Of a stretch of DNA of 64,000 bases, positions 39,001-53,300 are shown piece after piece. Source of the stretch: the human T2T-CHM13v2.0 reference genome, Homo sapiens; assembly GCF_009914755.1 (NCBI RefSeq), contig NC_060929.1; one strand, given 5' to 3'. The number at the start of each line of letters is the position of its first letter. Position 1 is the first letter of the stretch. The translations under genes and the position numbers were made by a program. The notes under the pieces were generated by a model, which worked only from the letters and a program-made list of their open reading frames with translations, ran no database searches and was not told where the DNA came from.

Positions 39001-42000
39001 GTTTGAACAGTCTGAAAGTGGATATTCCGATCTCTTTGAGGCCTTTGTTGGAAAAGGGATTTCTTCATATAATGCTAGACAGAGGAATTCTCAGTAACTT
39101 CTCTGTGTTGTGTGTATTCAAATCACAGAGTTGAACGTTCCTTTAGACAGAGCAGACTTGAAACACTCTTTTTGTGGAATTTGCAATAGGAAATTTCAAG
39201 CGCTTTGAGGCCAAAGGCAGAAGAGGAAATATCTTCGTATAAAAACAAGTCAGAATCATTCTCAGAAACTGCTTAATCATGTGTGCGTTCGACTCACGGA
39301 GTTTAACCTACCTTTTCATACAGCAGTTTGGAAACACTCTGTTTGTAAAGTCTGCACGTGGATATTTGGACATCTTTGAGGCCTTCGTTGGAAACGGGTT
39401 TTATTCATGTAAGGCTAGACAGAAGATTTCTCAGTAACTTCTTTGTGTTGTGTGTATTCAACTGACAGAGTTGACCCTTCTTTTAGGTAGAGCAGATTTG
39501 AGACACTCTTTTTGTGGAATTTGCAAGTGGAGATTTCAGACGCTTTGAGGTCAATGGTAGAAAAGGACATTTCTTCGTATAAAAACTTGACAGAATGATT
39601 CTCAGAAACTGCTTTGTGATGTATGCGTTCAATTCAAAGAGTTCTACCTTTCTTTTCATAGAGCACTTAGGAAACACTCTGTTTGTAAAGACTGCAAGTG
39701 GATATTCGGACCTCTATGAGGCCTTCTTTGGAAAAGGGATTTCTTCATATAATGCTAGACAGAGGAATTCTTCGTAACTTCTTTGTATTGTGTGTATTCA
39801 ACTCACAGAGTTGAACCTTCTTTTAGATAGAGCAGATTTGAAACACACTTTCTGTGGAATTTCCAATTGGAGATTTCAAGCGCTTCGGGGCCAATGGTAG
39901 AAAAGGAAAAATCTTCACATAAAAACTAGACAAAATCATTCCCAGAAACTGTGTAGTGATGTGTATGTTTAACTCACAGAGTTTATCCTTTCTTTTCATA
40001 GAGCAGTTGGGAAACACTCTGTTTGAAAAGTCTGCATGTGGATATTTGGACCGCCATGAGGCGTTCTTTGGAAATGGTATTTCTTCATTTAAGGCTACAC
40101 AGAAGAATTCTCAGTAACTTCTTTGTGTTGTGTGTATTCCGCTCACAGAGTTGAACCTTCTTTTAGATAGAGCAGATTTGAAAGACACTTTTTGGGGAAT
40201 TTGCAAGTGGGGATTTCAAGCGCTTTGAGGCCAACGGTAGAAAAGGAAATATCTTCGAATAAAAAGTAGACAGAATCATTCCCAGAAACTGCGTTTTGAT
40301 GTGTGCGTTCACCTAACAGAGTTTAACCTTCCTTTTCATAGAGCAGTTGGGAAACGCTATGTTTGTAAAGTCTGCAAGTGGATATTGGGAACTCTTTGAG
40401 GCCTTCATTGGGAATGGGGTTTCTTCATATAATGCTAGACAGAAGATTTCCCAGTAACTTCTTCCTGTTGTGTGTATTCAACTGACAACAGATGAACCTT
40501 CCTTTAGAGAGAGCAGATTTGAAACACTCTTTTTGTGGAAGTTGCAAGTGGAGATTTCAGCCGCTTTAACGTCAATGGTAGAAAAGGAAATATCTTCGCA
40601 TAAAAACAAGACAGAATCATTTTCAGAAACTGCTTTGTGATGTGTGCATTCAACTCACAGAGTTTAACCTTTGTTTTCATAGAGCCGTTTGGAAACACAC
40701 AGTTTGTCAAATCTGTAAGTCGATATTCGGAACTATTTGAGGCCTTCGTTGGAAACGGGATTTCTTCATATAATGCTAGAAAGAAGAATTCTCAGTAACT
40801 TCCTTGTGTTGTGTGTAATCAACTCACAGAATAGAACGTTCCTTTAGATAGAGCAGATTTGAAACACTCTTTTTGTGGAAGTTGCACGTGGAGATTTCAA
40901 GCGCTTTGTGGCCAGTGGTAGAAAATGAAATATCTTCGTATAAAAAGTACACAGAATCATTCTCAGAAACTACTTTCTGATGTGTGCGTTCAACTCTCGG
41001 AGTTTAAACTTTCTTTTCATAGAGCAGTTTGGAAACAGTGTGTTTGTAAAGTCTGCAAGTGGATATTCGGACCTCTTTGGCGCCTTAATTTGAAACGGGG
41101 TTTCTCCCTATAATGCTAGACAGAAGAATTCTCAGTAACTTGTTTGTGTTGTGTGTGTTCAACTCACAGAGTTGAACCTTCCTTTAGACAGAGCAGATTT
41201 GAAACACTCTTTTTGTGGAATTTGCAAGTGGAGATTTCAAGCGCTTTGAGGCCAAAGGCAGAAAAGGAAATATCTTCGTATAAAAACTACATAGATCATT
41301 CTCAGAAACTGCTTTGTGATGTGTGCGTTCAACTCACAGAGTTTCACTTATCTTTTCGTACAGCAGTTTGGAAACACTCTGTTTGTAATGTCTGCAAGTG
41401 GATATTTTGACCTCTTTGAGGTCTTCGTTGGAAACGGGTTTTATTCATGTAAGGCTAGACAGAAGAATTCTCAGTAACTTCTTTGTATTGTGTGTATTCC
41501 ACTGACAGAGTTGACCCTTCCTTTAGACAGAGCACATTTGAACCACTCTTTTTGTGGAATTTGCAAGTGGAGATTTCAGACGCATTGAGGTCAATGGTAG
41601 AAAAGGAAATATCTTCGTATAAAAACTAGACAGAATGATTCTCAGAACCTGCTTCGTGATGTGTGTGTTCAGTTCAAAGAGTTTTACCTTTCTTTTCATA
41701 GAGCAGTTAGGAAACACTCTGTTTGAACAGTCTGAAAGTGGATATTCCGATCTCTTTGAGGCCTTTGTTGGAAAAGGGATTTCTTCATATAATGCTAGAC
41801 AGAGGAATTCTCAGTAACTTCTCTGTGTTGTGTGTATTCAAATCACAGAGTTGAACGTTCCTTTAGACAGAGCAGACTTGAAACACTCTTTTTGTGGAAT
41901 TTGCAATAGGAAATTTCAAGCACTTTGAGGCCAAAGGCAGAAGAGGAAATATCTTCGTATAAAAGCAAGTCAGAATCATTCTCAGAAACTGCTTAATCAT

Positions 42001-45000
42001 GTGTGCGTTCGACTCACGGAGTTTAACCTACCTTTTCATACAGCAGTTTGGAAACACTCTGTTTGTAAAGTCTGCACGTGGATATTTGGACATCTTTGAG
42101 GCCTTCGTTGGAAACGGGTTTTATTCATGTAAGGCTAGACAGAAGATTTCTCAGTAACTTCTTTGTGTTGTGTGTATTCAACTGACAGAGTTGACCCTTC
42201 TTTTAGGTAGAGCAGATTTGAGACACTCTTTTTGTGGAATTTGCAAGTGGAGATTTCAGACGCTTTGAGGTCAATGGTAGAAAAGGACATTTCTTCGTAT
42301 AAAAACTTGACAGAATGATTCTCAGAAACTGCTTTGTGATGTATGCGTTCAATTCAAAGAGTTCTACCTTTCTTTTCATAGAGCACTTAGGAAACACTCT
42401 GTTTGTAAAGACTGCAAGTGGATATTCGGACCTCTATGAGGCCTTCTTTGGAAAAGGGATTTCTTCATATAATGCTAGACAGAGGAATTCTTCGTAACTT
42501 CTTTGTATTGTGTGTATTCAACTCACAGAGTTGAACCTTCTTTTAGATAGAGCAGATTTGAAACACACTTTCTGTGGAATTTCCAATTGGAGATTTCAAG
42601 CGCTTCGGGGCCAATGGTAGAAAAGGAAAAATCTTCACAAAAAAACTAGACAAAATCATTCCCAGAAACTGTGTAGTGATGTGTATGTTTAACTCACAGA
42701 GTTTATCCTTTCTTTTCATAGAGCAGTTGGGAAACACTCTGTTTGAAAAGTCTGCATGTGGATATTTGGACCGCCATGAGGCGTTCTTTGGAAATGGTAT
42801 TTCTTCATTTAAGGCTACACAGAAGAATTCTCAGTAACTTCCTTGCGTTGTGTGTATTCAGCTCACAGAGTTGAACCTTCTTTTAGATAGAGCAGATTTG
42901 AAAGACACTTTTTGGGGAATTTGCAAGTGGGGATTTCAAGCGCTTTGAGGCCAACGGTAGAAAAGGAAATATCTTCGAATAAAAAGTAGACAGAATCATT
43001 CCCAGAAACTGCGTTTTGATGTGTGCGTTCACCTAACAGAGTTTAACCTTCCTTTTCATAGAGCAGTTGGGAAACGCTATGTTTGTAAAGTCTGCAAGTG
43101 GATATTGGGAACTCTTTGAGGCCTTCATTGGGAATGGGGTTTCTTCATATAATGCTAGACAGAAGATTTCCCAGTAACTTCTTCCTGTTGTGTGTATTCA
43201 ACTGACAACAGATGAACCTTCCTTTAGAGAGAGCATATTTGAAACACTCTTTTTGTGGAAGTTGCAAGTGGAGATTTCAGCCGCTTTAACGTCAATGGTA
43301 GAAAAGGAAATATCTTCGCATAAAAACAAGACAGAATCATTTTCAGAAACTGCTTTGTGATGTGTGCATTCAACTCACAGAGTTTAACCTTTGTTTTCAT
43401 AGAGCCGTTTGGAAACACACAGTTTGTCAAATCTGTAAGTCGATATTCGGACCTATTTGAGGCCTTCGTTGGAAACGGGATTTCTTCATATAATGCTAGA
43501 AAGAAGAATTCTCAGTAACTTCCTTGTGTTCTGTGTAATCAACTCACAGAATAGAACGTTCCTTTAGATAGAGCAGATTTGAAACACTCTTTTTGTGGAA
43601 GTTGCACGTGGAGATTTCAAGCGCTTTGTGGCCAGTGGTAGAAAATGAAATATCTTCGTATAAAAAGTACACAGAATCATTCTCAGAAACTACTTTCTGA
43701 TGTGTGCGTTCAACTCTCGGAGTTTAAACTTTCTTTTCATAGAGCAGTTTGGAAACAGTGTGTTTGTAAAGTCTGCAAGTGGATATTCGGACCTCTTTGG
43801 CGCCTTATTTTGAAACGGGGTTTCTCCATATAATGCTAGACAGAAGAATTCTCAGTAACTTGTTTGTGTTGTGTGTGTTCAACTCACAGAGTTGAACCTT
43901 CCTTTAGACAGAGCAGATTTGAAACACTCTTTTTGTGGAATTTGCAAGTGGAGATTTCAAGCGCTTTGAGGCCAAAGGCAGAAAAGGAAATATCTTCGTA
44001 TAAAAACTAGATAGATCATTCTCAGACACTGCTTTGTGATGTGTGCGTTCAACTCACAGAGTTTCACTTATCTTTTCGTACAGCAGTTTGGAGACACTCT
44101 GTTTGTAATGTCTGCAAGTGGATATTTTGACCTCTTTGAGGTCTTCGTTGGAAACGGGTTTTATTCATGTAAGGCTAGACAGAAGAATTCTCAGTAACTT
44201 CTTTGTATTGTGTGTATTCCACTGACAGAGTTGACCCTTCCTTTAGACAGAGCACATTTGAACCACTCTTTTTGTGGAATTTGCAAGTGGAGATTTCAGA
44301 CGCATTGAGGTCAATGGTAGAAAAGGAAATATCTTCGTATAAAAACTAGACAGAATGATTCTCAGAACCTGCTTCGTCATGTGTGTGTTCAGTTCAAAGA
44401 GTTTTACCTTTCTTTTCATAGAGCAGTTAGGAAACACTCTGTTTGAAAAGTCTGAAAGTGGATATTCCGATCTCTTTGAGGCCTTCGTTGGAAAAGGGAT
44501 TTCTTCATATAATGCTAGACAGAGGAATTCTCAGTAACTTCTCTGTGTTGTGTGTATTCAAATCACAGAGTTGAACGTTCCTTTAGACAGAGCAGACTTG
44601 AAACACTCTTTTTGTGGAATTTGCAATAGGAAATTTCAAGCGCTTTGAGGCCAAAGGCAGAAGAGGAAATATCTTCGTATAAAAACAAGTCAGAATCATT
44701 CTCAGAAACTGCTTAATCATGTGTGCGTTCGACTCACGGAGTTTAACCTACCTTTTCATACAGCAGTTTGGAAACACTCTGTTTGTAAAGTCTGCACGTG
44801 GATATTTGGACATCTTTGAGGCCTTCGTTGGAAACGGGTTTTATTCATGTAAGGCTAGACAGAAGATTTCTCAGTAACTTCTTTGTGTTGTGTGTATTCA
44901 ACTGACAGAGTTGACCCTTCTTTTAGGTAGAGCAGATTTGAGACACTCTTTTTGTGGAATTTGCAAGTGGAGATTTCAGACGCTTTGAGGTCAATGGTAG

Positions 45001-45559
45001 AAAAGGACATTTCTTCGTATAAAAACTTGACAGAATGATTCTCAGAAACTGCTTTGTGATGTATGCGTTCAATTCAAAGAGTTCTACCTTTCTTTTCATA
45101 GAGCACTTAGGAAACACTCTGTTTGTAAAGACTGCAAGTGGATATTCGGACCTCTATGAGGCCTTCTTTGGAAAAGGGATTTCTTCATATAATGCTAGAC
45201 AGAGGAATTCTTCGTAACTTCTTTGTATTGTGTGTATTCAACTCACAGAGTTGAACCTTCTTTTAGATAGAGCAGATTTGAAACACACTTTCTGTGGAAT
45301 TTCCAATTGGAGATTTCAAGCGCTTCGGGGCCAATGGTAGAAAAGGAAAAATCTTCACAAAAAAACTAGACAAAATCATTCCCAGAAACTGTGTAGTGAT
45401 GTGTATGTTTAACTCACAGAGTTTATCCTTTCTTTTCATAGAGCAGTTGGGAAACACTCTGTTTGAAAAGTCTGCATGTGGATATTTGGACCGCCATGAG
45501 GCGTTCTTTGGAAATGGTATTTCTTCATTTAAGGCTACACAGAAGAAGTCTCAGTAACT

Positions 45560-47939
45560 TCCTTGTGTTGTGTGTATTCAGCTCACAGAGTTGAACCTTC
45601 TTTTAGATAGAGCAGATTTGAAAGACACTTTTTGGGGAATTTGCAAGTGGGGATTTCAAGCGCTTTGAGGCCAACGGTAGAAAAGGAAATATCTTCGAAT
45701 AAAAAGTAGACAGAATCATTCCCAGAAACTGCGTTTTGATGTGTGCGTTCACCTAACAGAGTTTAACCTTCCTTTTCATAGAGCAGTTGGGAAACGCTAT
45801 GTTTGTAAAGTCTGCAAGTGGATATTGCGAACTCTTTGAGGCCTTCATTGGGAATGGGGTTTCTTCATATAATGCTAGACAGAAGATTTCCCAGTAACTT
45901 CTTCCTGTTGTGTGTATTCAACTGACAACAGATGAACCTTCCTTTAGAGAGAGAAGATTTGAAAAACTCTTTTTGTGGAATTTGCACGTGGAGATTTCAA
46001 GCGCTTTGTGGCCAGTGGTAGAAAATGAAATATCTTCGTATAAAAAGTACACAGAATCATTCTCAGAAACTACTTTCTGATGTGTGCGTTCAACTCTCGG
46101 AGTTTAAACTTTCTTTTCATAGAGCAGTTTGGAAACAGTGTGTTTGTAAAGTCTGCAAGTGGATATTCGGACCTCTTTGGCGCCTTATTTTGAAACGGGG
46201 TTTCTCCATATAATGCTAGACAGAAGAATTCTCAGTAACTTGTTTGTGTTGTGTGTGTTCAACTCACAGAGTTGAACCTTCCTTTAGACAGAGCAGATTT
46301 GAAACACTCTTTTTGTGGAATTTGCAAGTGGAGATTTCAAGCGCTTTGAGGCCAAAGGCAGAAAAGGAAATATCTTCGTATAAAAACTAGATAGATCATT
46401 CTCAGAAACTGCTTTGTGATGTGTGCGTTCAACTCACAGAGTTTCACTTATCTTTTCGTACAGCAGCTTGGAAACACTCTGTTTGTAATGTCTGCAAGTG
46501 GATATTTTGACCTCTTTTAGGTCTTCGTTGGAAACGGGTTTTATTCATGTAAGGCTAGACAGAAGAATTCTCAGTAACTTCTTTGTATTGTGTGTATTCC
46601 ACTGACAGAGTTGACCCTTCCTTTAGACAGAGCACATTTGAACCACTCTTTTTGTGGAATTTGCAAGTGGAGATTTCAGACGCATTGAGGTCAATGGTAG
46701 AAAAGGAAATATCTTCGTATAAAAACTAGACAGAATGATTCTCAGAACCTGCTTCGTGATGTGTGTGTTCAGTTCAAAGAGTTTTACCTTTCTTTTCATA
46801 GAGCAGTTAGGAAACACTCTGTTTGTAAACTCTGCAAGTGGATATTCAGACCTCTTTGAGGCCTTTGTTGGAAAAGGGATTTCTTCATATAATGCTAGAC
46901 AGAGGAATTCTCAGTAACTTCTCTGTGTTGTGTGTATTCAAATCACAGAGTTGAACGTTCCTTTAGACAGAGCAGACTTGAAACACTCTTTTTGTGGAAT
47001 TTGCAATAGGAAATTTCAAGCGCTTTGAGGCCAAAGGCAGAAGAGGAAATATCTTCGTATAAAAACAAGTCAGAATCATTCTCAGAAACTGCTTAATCAT
47101 GTGTGCGTTCGACTCACGGAGTTTAACCTACCTTTTCATACAGCAGTTTGGAAACACTCTGTTTGTAAAGTCTGCACGTGGATATTTGGACATCTTTGAG
47201 GCCTTCGTTGGAAACGGGTTTTATTCATGTAAGGCTAGACAGAAGATTTCTCAGTAACTTCTTTGTGTTGTGTGTATTCAACTGACAGAGTTGACCCTTC
47301 TTTTAGGTAGAGCAGATTTGAGACACTCTTTTTGTGGAATTTGCAAGTGGAGATTTCAGACGCTTTGAGGTCAATGGTAGAAAAGGACATTTCTTCGTAT
47401 AAAAACTTGACAGAATGATTCTCAGAAACTGCTTTGTGATGTATGCGTTCAATTCAAAGAGTTCTACCTTTCTTTTCATAGAGCACTTAGGAAACACTCT
47501 GTTTGTAAAGACTGCAAGTGGATATTCGGACCTCTATGAGGCCTTCTTTGGAAAAGGGATTTCTTCATATAATGCTAGACAGAGGAATTCTTCGTAACTT
47601 CTTTGTATTGTGTGTATTCAACTCACAGAGTTGAACCTTCTTTTAGATAGAGCAGATTTGAAACACACTTTCTGTGGAATTTCCAATTGGAGATTTCAAG
47701 CGCTTCGGGGCCAATGGTAGAAAAGGAAAAATCTTCACAAAAAAACTAGACAAAATCATTCCCAGAAACTGTGTAGTGATGTGTATGTTTAACTCACAGA
47801 GTTTATCCTTTCTTTTCATAGAGCAGTTGGGAAACACTCTGTTTGAAAAGTCTGCATGTGGATATTTGGACCGCCATGAGGCGTTCTTTGGAAATGGTAT
47901 TTCTTCATTTAAGGCTACACAGAAGAAGTCTCAGTAACT
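45560..47939 (+). repeat. 14-mer HOR variant U18 (2380 bp)
   Basis: Hybrid monomer near 45950-45986 with the same junction SNPs as U7. Confidence 0.95.
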
Positions 47940-50319
47940 TCCTTGTGTTGTGTGTATTCAGCTCACAGAGTTGAACCTTCTTTTAGATAGAGCAGATTTG
48001 AAAGACACTTTTTGGGGAATTTGCAAGTGGGGATTTCAAGCGCTTTGAGGCCAACGGTAGAAAAGGAAATATCTTCGAATAAAAAGTAGACAGAATCATT
48101 CCCAGAAACTGCGTTTTGATGTGTGCGTTCACCTAACAGAGTTTAACCTTCCTTTTCATAGAGCAGTTGGGAAACGCTATGTTTGTAAAGTCTGCAAGTG
48201 GATATTGGGAACTCTTTGAGGCCTTCATTGGGAATGGGGTTTCTTCATATAATGCTAGACAGAAGATTTCCCAGTAACTTCTTCCTGTTGTGTGTATTCA
48301 ACTGACAACAGATGAACCTTCCTTTAGAGAGAGAAGATTTGAAAAACTCTTTTTGTGGAATTTGCACGTGGAGATTTCAAGCGCTTTGTGGCCAGTGGTA
48401 GAAAATGAAATATCTTCGTATAAAAAGTACACAGAATCATTCTCAGAAACTACTTTCTGATGTGTGCGTTCAACTCTCGGAGTTTAAACTTTCTTTTCAT
48501 AGAGCAGTTTGGAAACAGTGTGTTTGTAAAGTCTGCAAGTGGATATTCGGACCTCTTTGGCGCCTTATTTTGAAACGGGGTTTCTCCATATAATGCTAGA
48601 CAGAAGAATTCTCAGTAACTTGTTTGTGTTGTGTGTGTTCAACTCACAGAGTTGAACCTTCCTTTAGACAGAGCAGATTTGAAACACTCTTTTTGTGGAA
48701 TTTGCAAGTGGAGATTTCAAGCGCTTTGAGGCCAAAGGCAGAAAAGGAAATATCTTCGTATAAAAACTAGATAGATCATTCTCAGAAACTGCTTTGTGAT
48801 GTGTGCGTTCAACTCACAGAGTTTCACTTATCTTTTCGTACAGCAGCTTGGAAACACTCTGTTTGTAATGTCTGCAAGTGGATATTTTGACCTCTTTTAG
48901 GTCTTCGTTGGAAACGGGTTTTATTCATGTAAGGCTAGACAGAAGAATTCTCAGTAACTTCTTTGTATTGTGTGTATTCCACTGACAGAGTTGACCCTTC
49001 CTTTAGACAGAGCACATTTGAACCACTCTTTTTGTGGAATTTGCAAGTGGAGATTTCAGACGCATTGAGGTCAATGGTAGAAAAGGAAATATCTTCGTAT
49101 AAAAACTAGACAGAATGATTCTCAGAACCTGCTTCGTGATGTGTGTGTTCAGTTCAAAGAGTTTTACCTTTCTTTTCATAGAGCAGTTAGGAAACACTCT
49201 GTTTGTAAACTCTGCAAGTGGATATTCAGACCTCTTTGAGGCCTTTGTTGGAAAAGGGATTTCTTCATATAATGCTAGACAGAGGAATTCTCAGTAACTT
49301 CTCTGTGTTGTGTGTATTCAAATCACAGAGTTGAACGTTCCTTTAGACAGAGCAGACTTGAAACACTCTTTTTGTGGAATTTGCAATAGGAAATTTCAAG
49401 CGCTTTGAGGCCAAAGGCAGAAGAGGAAATATCTTCGTATAAAAACAAGTCAGAATCATTCTCAGAAACTGCTTAATCATGTGTGCGTTCGACTCACGGA
49501 GTTTAACCTACCTTTTCATACAGCAGTTTGGAAACACTCTGTTTGTAAAGTCTGCACGTGGATATTTGGACATCTTTGAGGCCTTCGTTGGAAACGGGTT
49601 TTATTCATGTAAGGCTAGACAGAAGATTTCTCAGTAACTTCTTTGTGTTGTGTGTATTCAACTGACAGAGTTGACCCTTCTTTTAGGTAGAGCAGATTTG
49701 AGACACTCTTTTTGTGGAATTTGCAAGTGGAGATTTCAGACGCTTTGAGGTCAATGGTAGAAAAGGACATTTCTTCGTATAAAAACTTGACAGAATGATT
49801 CTCAGAAACTGCTTTGTGATGTATGCGTTCAATTCAAAGAGTTCTACCTTTCTTTTCATAGAGCACTTAGGAAACACTCTGTTTGTAAAGACTGCAAGTG
49901 GATATTCGGACCTCTATGAGGCCTTCTTTGGAAAAGGGATTTCTTCATATAATGCTAGACAGAGGAATTCTTCGTAACTTCTTTGTATTGTGTGTATTCA
50001 ACTCACAGAGTTGAACCTTCTTTTAGATAGAGCAGATTTGAAACACACTTTCTGTGGAATTTCCAATTGGAGATTTCAAGTGCTTCGGGGCCAATGGTAG
50101 AAAAGGTAAAATCTTCACATAAAAACTAGACAAACTCATTCCCAGAAACTGTGTAGTGATGTGTATGTTTAACTCACAGAGTTTATCCTTTCTTTTCATA
50201 GAGCAGTTGGGAAACACTCTGTTTGAAAAGTCTGCATGTGGATATTTGGACCGCCATGAGGCGTTCTTTGGAAATGGTATTTCTTCATTTAAGGCTACAC
50301 AGAAGAATTCTCAGTAACT
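47940..50319 (+). repeat. 14-mer HOR variant U19 (2380 bp), tandem to U18
   Basis: Hybrid monomer near 48330-48366 with the same junction SNPs as U7 and U18. Confidence 0.95.
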
Positions 50320-53300
50320 TCCTTGTGTTGTGTGTATTCAGCTCACAGAGTTGAACCTTCTTTTAGATAGAGCAGATTTGAAAGACACTTTTTGGGGAAT
50401 TTGCAAGTGGGGATTTCAAGCGCTTTGAGGCCAACGGTAGAAAAGGAAATATCTTCGAATAAAAAGTAGACAGAATCATTCCCAGAAACTGCGTTTTGAT
50501 GTGTGCGTTCACCTAACAGAGTTTAACCTTCCTTTTCATAGAGCAGTTGGGAAACGCTATGTTTGTAAAGTCTGCAAGTGGATATTGGGAACTCTTTGAG
50601 GCCTTCATTGGGAATGGGGTTTCTTCATATAATGCTAGACAGAAGATTTCCCAGTAACTTCTTCCTGTTGTGTGTATTCAACTGACAACAGATGAACCTT
50701 CCTTTAGAGAGAGCAGATTTGAAACACTCTTTTTGTGGAAGTTGCAAGTGGAGATTTCAGCCGCTTTAACGTCAATGGTAGAAAAGGAAATATCTTCGCA
50801 TAAAAACAAGACAGAATCATTTTCAGAAACTGCTTTGTGATGTGTGCATTCAACTCACAGAGTTTAACCTTTGTTTTCATAGAGCCGTTTGGAAACACAC
50901 AGTTTGTCAAATCTGTAAGTCGATATTCGGACCTATTTGAGGCCTTCGTTGGAAACGGGATTTCTTCATATAATGCTAGAAAGAAGAATTCTCAGTAACT
51001 TCCTTGTGTTGTGTGTAATCAACTCACAGAATAGAACGTTCCTTTAGATAGAGCAGATTTGAAACACTCTTTTTGTGGAAGTTGCACGTGGAGATTTCAA
51101 GCGCTTTGTGACCAGTGGTAGAAAATGAAATATCTTCGTATAAAAAGTACACAGAATCATTCTCAGAAACTACTTTCTGATGTGTGCGTTCAACTCTCGG
51201 AGTTTAAACTTTCTTTTCATAGAGCAGTTTGGAAACAGTGTGTTTGTAAAGTCTGCAAGTGGATATTCGGACCTCTTTGGCGCCTTATTTTGAAACGGGG
51301 TTTCTCCATATAATGCTAGACAGAAGAATTCTCAGTAACTTGTTTGTGTTGTGTGTGTTCAACTCACAGAGTTGAACCTTCCTTTAGACAGAGCAGATTT
51401 GAAACACTCTTTTTGTGGAATTTGCAAGTGGAGATTTCAAGCGCTTTGAGGCCAAAGGCAGAAAAGGAAATATCTTCGTATAAAAACTAGATAGATCATT
51501 CTCAGAAACTGCTTTGTGATTTGTGCGTTCAACTCACAGAGTTTCACTTATCTTTTCGTACAGCAGCTTGGAAACACTCTGTTTGTAATGTCTGCAAGTG
51601 GATATTTTGACCTCTTTTAGGTCTTCGTTGGAAACGGGTTTTATTCATGTAAGGCTAGACAGAAGAATTCTCAGTAACTTCTTTGTATTGTGTGTATTCC
51701 ACTGACAGAGTTGACCCTTCCTTTAGACAGAGCACATTTGTACCACTCTTTTTGTGGAATTTGCAAGTGGAGATTTCAGACGCATTGAGGTCAATGGTAG
51801 AAAAGGAAATATCTTCGTATAAAAACTAGACAGAATGATTCTCAGAACCTGCTTCGTGATGTGTGTGTTCAGTTCAAAGAGTTTTACCTTACTTTTCATA
51901 GAGCTGTTAGGGAACACTCTGTTTGAACAGTCTGAAAGTGGATATTCCGATCTCTTTGAGGCCTTTGTTGGAAAAGGGATTTCTTCATATAATGCTAGAC
52001 AGAGGAATTCTCAGTAACTTCTCTGTGTTGTGTGTATTCAAATCACAGAGTTGAACGTTCCTTTAGACAGAGCAGACTTGAAACACTCTTTTTGTGGAAT
52101 TTGCAATAGGAAATTTCAAGCGCTTTGAGGCCAAAGGCAGAAGAGGAAATATCTTCGTATAAAAACAAGTCAGAATCATTCTCAGAAACTGCTTAATCAT
52201 GTGTGCGTTCGACTCACGGAGTTTAACCTACCTTTTCATACAGCAGTTTGGAAACACTCTGTTTGTAAAGTCTGCACGTGGATATTTGGACATCTTTGAG
52301 GCCTTCGTTGGAAACGGGGTTTATTCATGTAAGGCTAGACAGAAGATTTCTCAGTAACTTCTTTCTGTTGTGTGTATTCAACTGACAGAGTTGACCCTTC
52401 TTTTAGGTAGAGCAGATTTCAAACACTCTTTTTGTGGAATTTGCAAGTGGAGATTTCAGACGCTTTGAGGTCAATGGTAGAAAAGGACATTTCTTCGTAT
52501 AAAAACTTGACAGAATGATTCTCAGAAACTGCTTTGTGATGTATGCGTTCAATTCAAAGAGTTCTACCTTTCTTTTCATAGAGCACTTAGGAAACACTCT
52601 GTTTGTAAAGACTGCAAGTGGATATTCGGACCTCTATGAGGCCTTCTTTGGAAAAGGGATTTCTTCATATAATGCTAGACAGAGGAATTCTTCGTAACTT
52701 CTTTGTATTGTGTGTATTCAACTCACAGAGTTGAACCTTCTTTTAGATAGAGCAGATTTGAAACACACTTTCTGTGGAATTTCCAATTGGAGATTTCAAG
52801 CGCTTCGGGGCCAATGGTAGAAAAGGAAAAATCTTCACATAAAAACTAGACAAAATCATTCCCAGAAACTGTGTAGTGATGTGTATGTTTAACTCACAGA
52901 GTTTATCCTTTCTTTTCATAGAGCAGTTGGGAAACACTCTGTTTGAAAAGTCTGCATGTGGATATTTGGACCGCCATGAGGCGTTCTTTGGAAATGGTAT
53001 TTCTTCATTTAAGGCTACACAGAAGAAGTCTCAGTAACTTCTTTGTGTTGTGTGTATTCCGCTCACAGAGTTGAACCTTCTTTTAGATAGAGCAGATTTG
53101 AAAGACACTTTTTGGGGAATTTGCAAGTGGGGATTTCAAGCGCTTTGAGGCCAACGGTAGAAAAGGAAATATCTTCGAATAAAAAGTAGACAGAATCATT
53201 CCCAGAAACTGCGTTTTGATGTGTGCGTTCACGTAACAGAGTTTAACCTTCCTTTTCATAGAGCAGTTGGGAAACGCTATGTTTGTAAAGTCTGCAAGTG

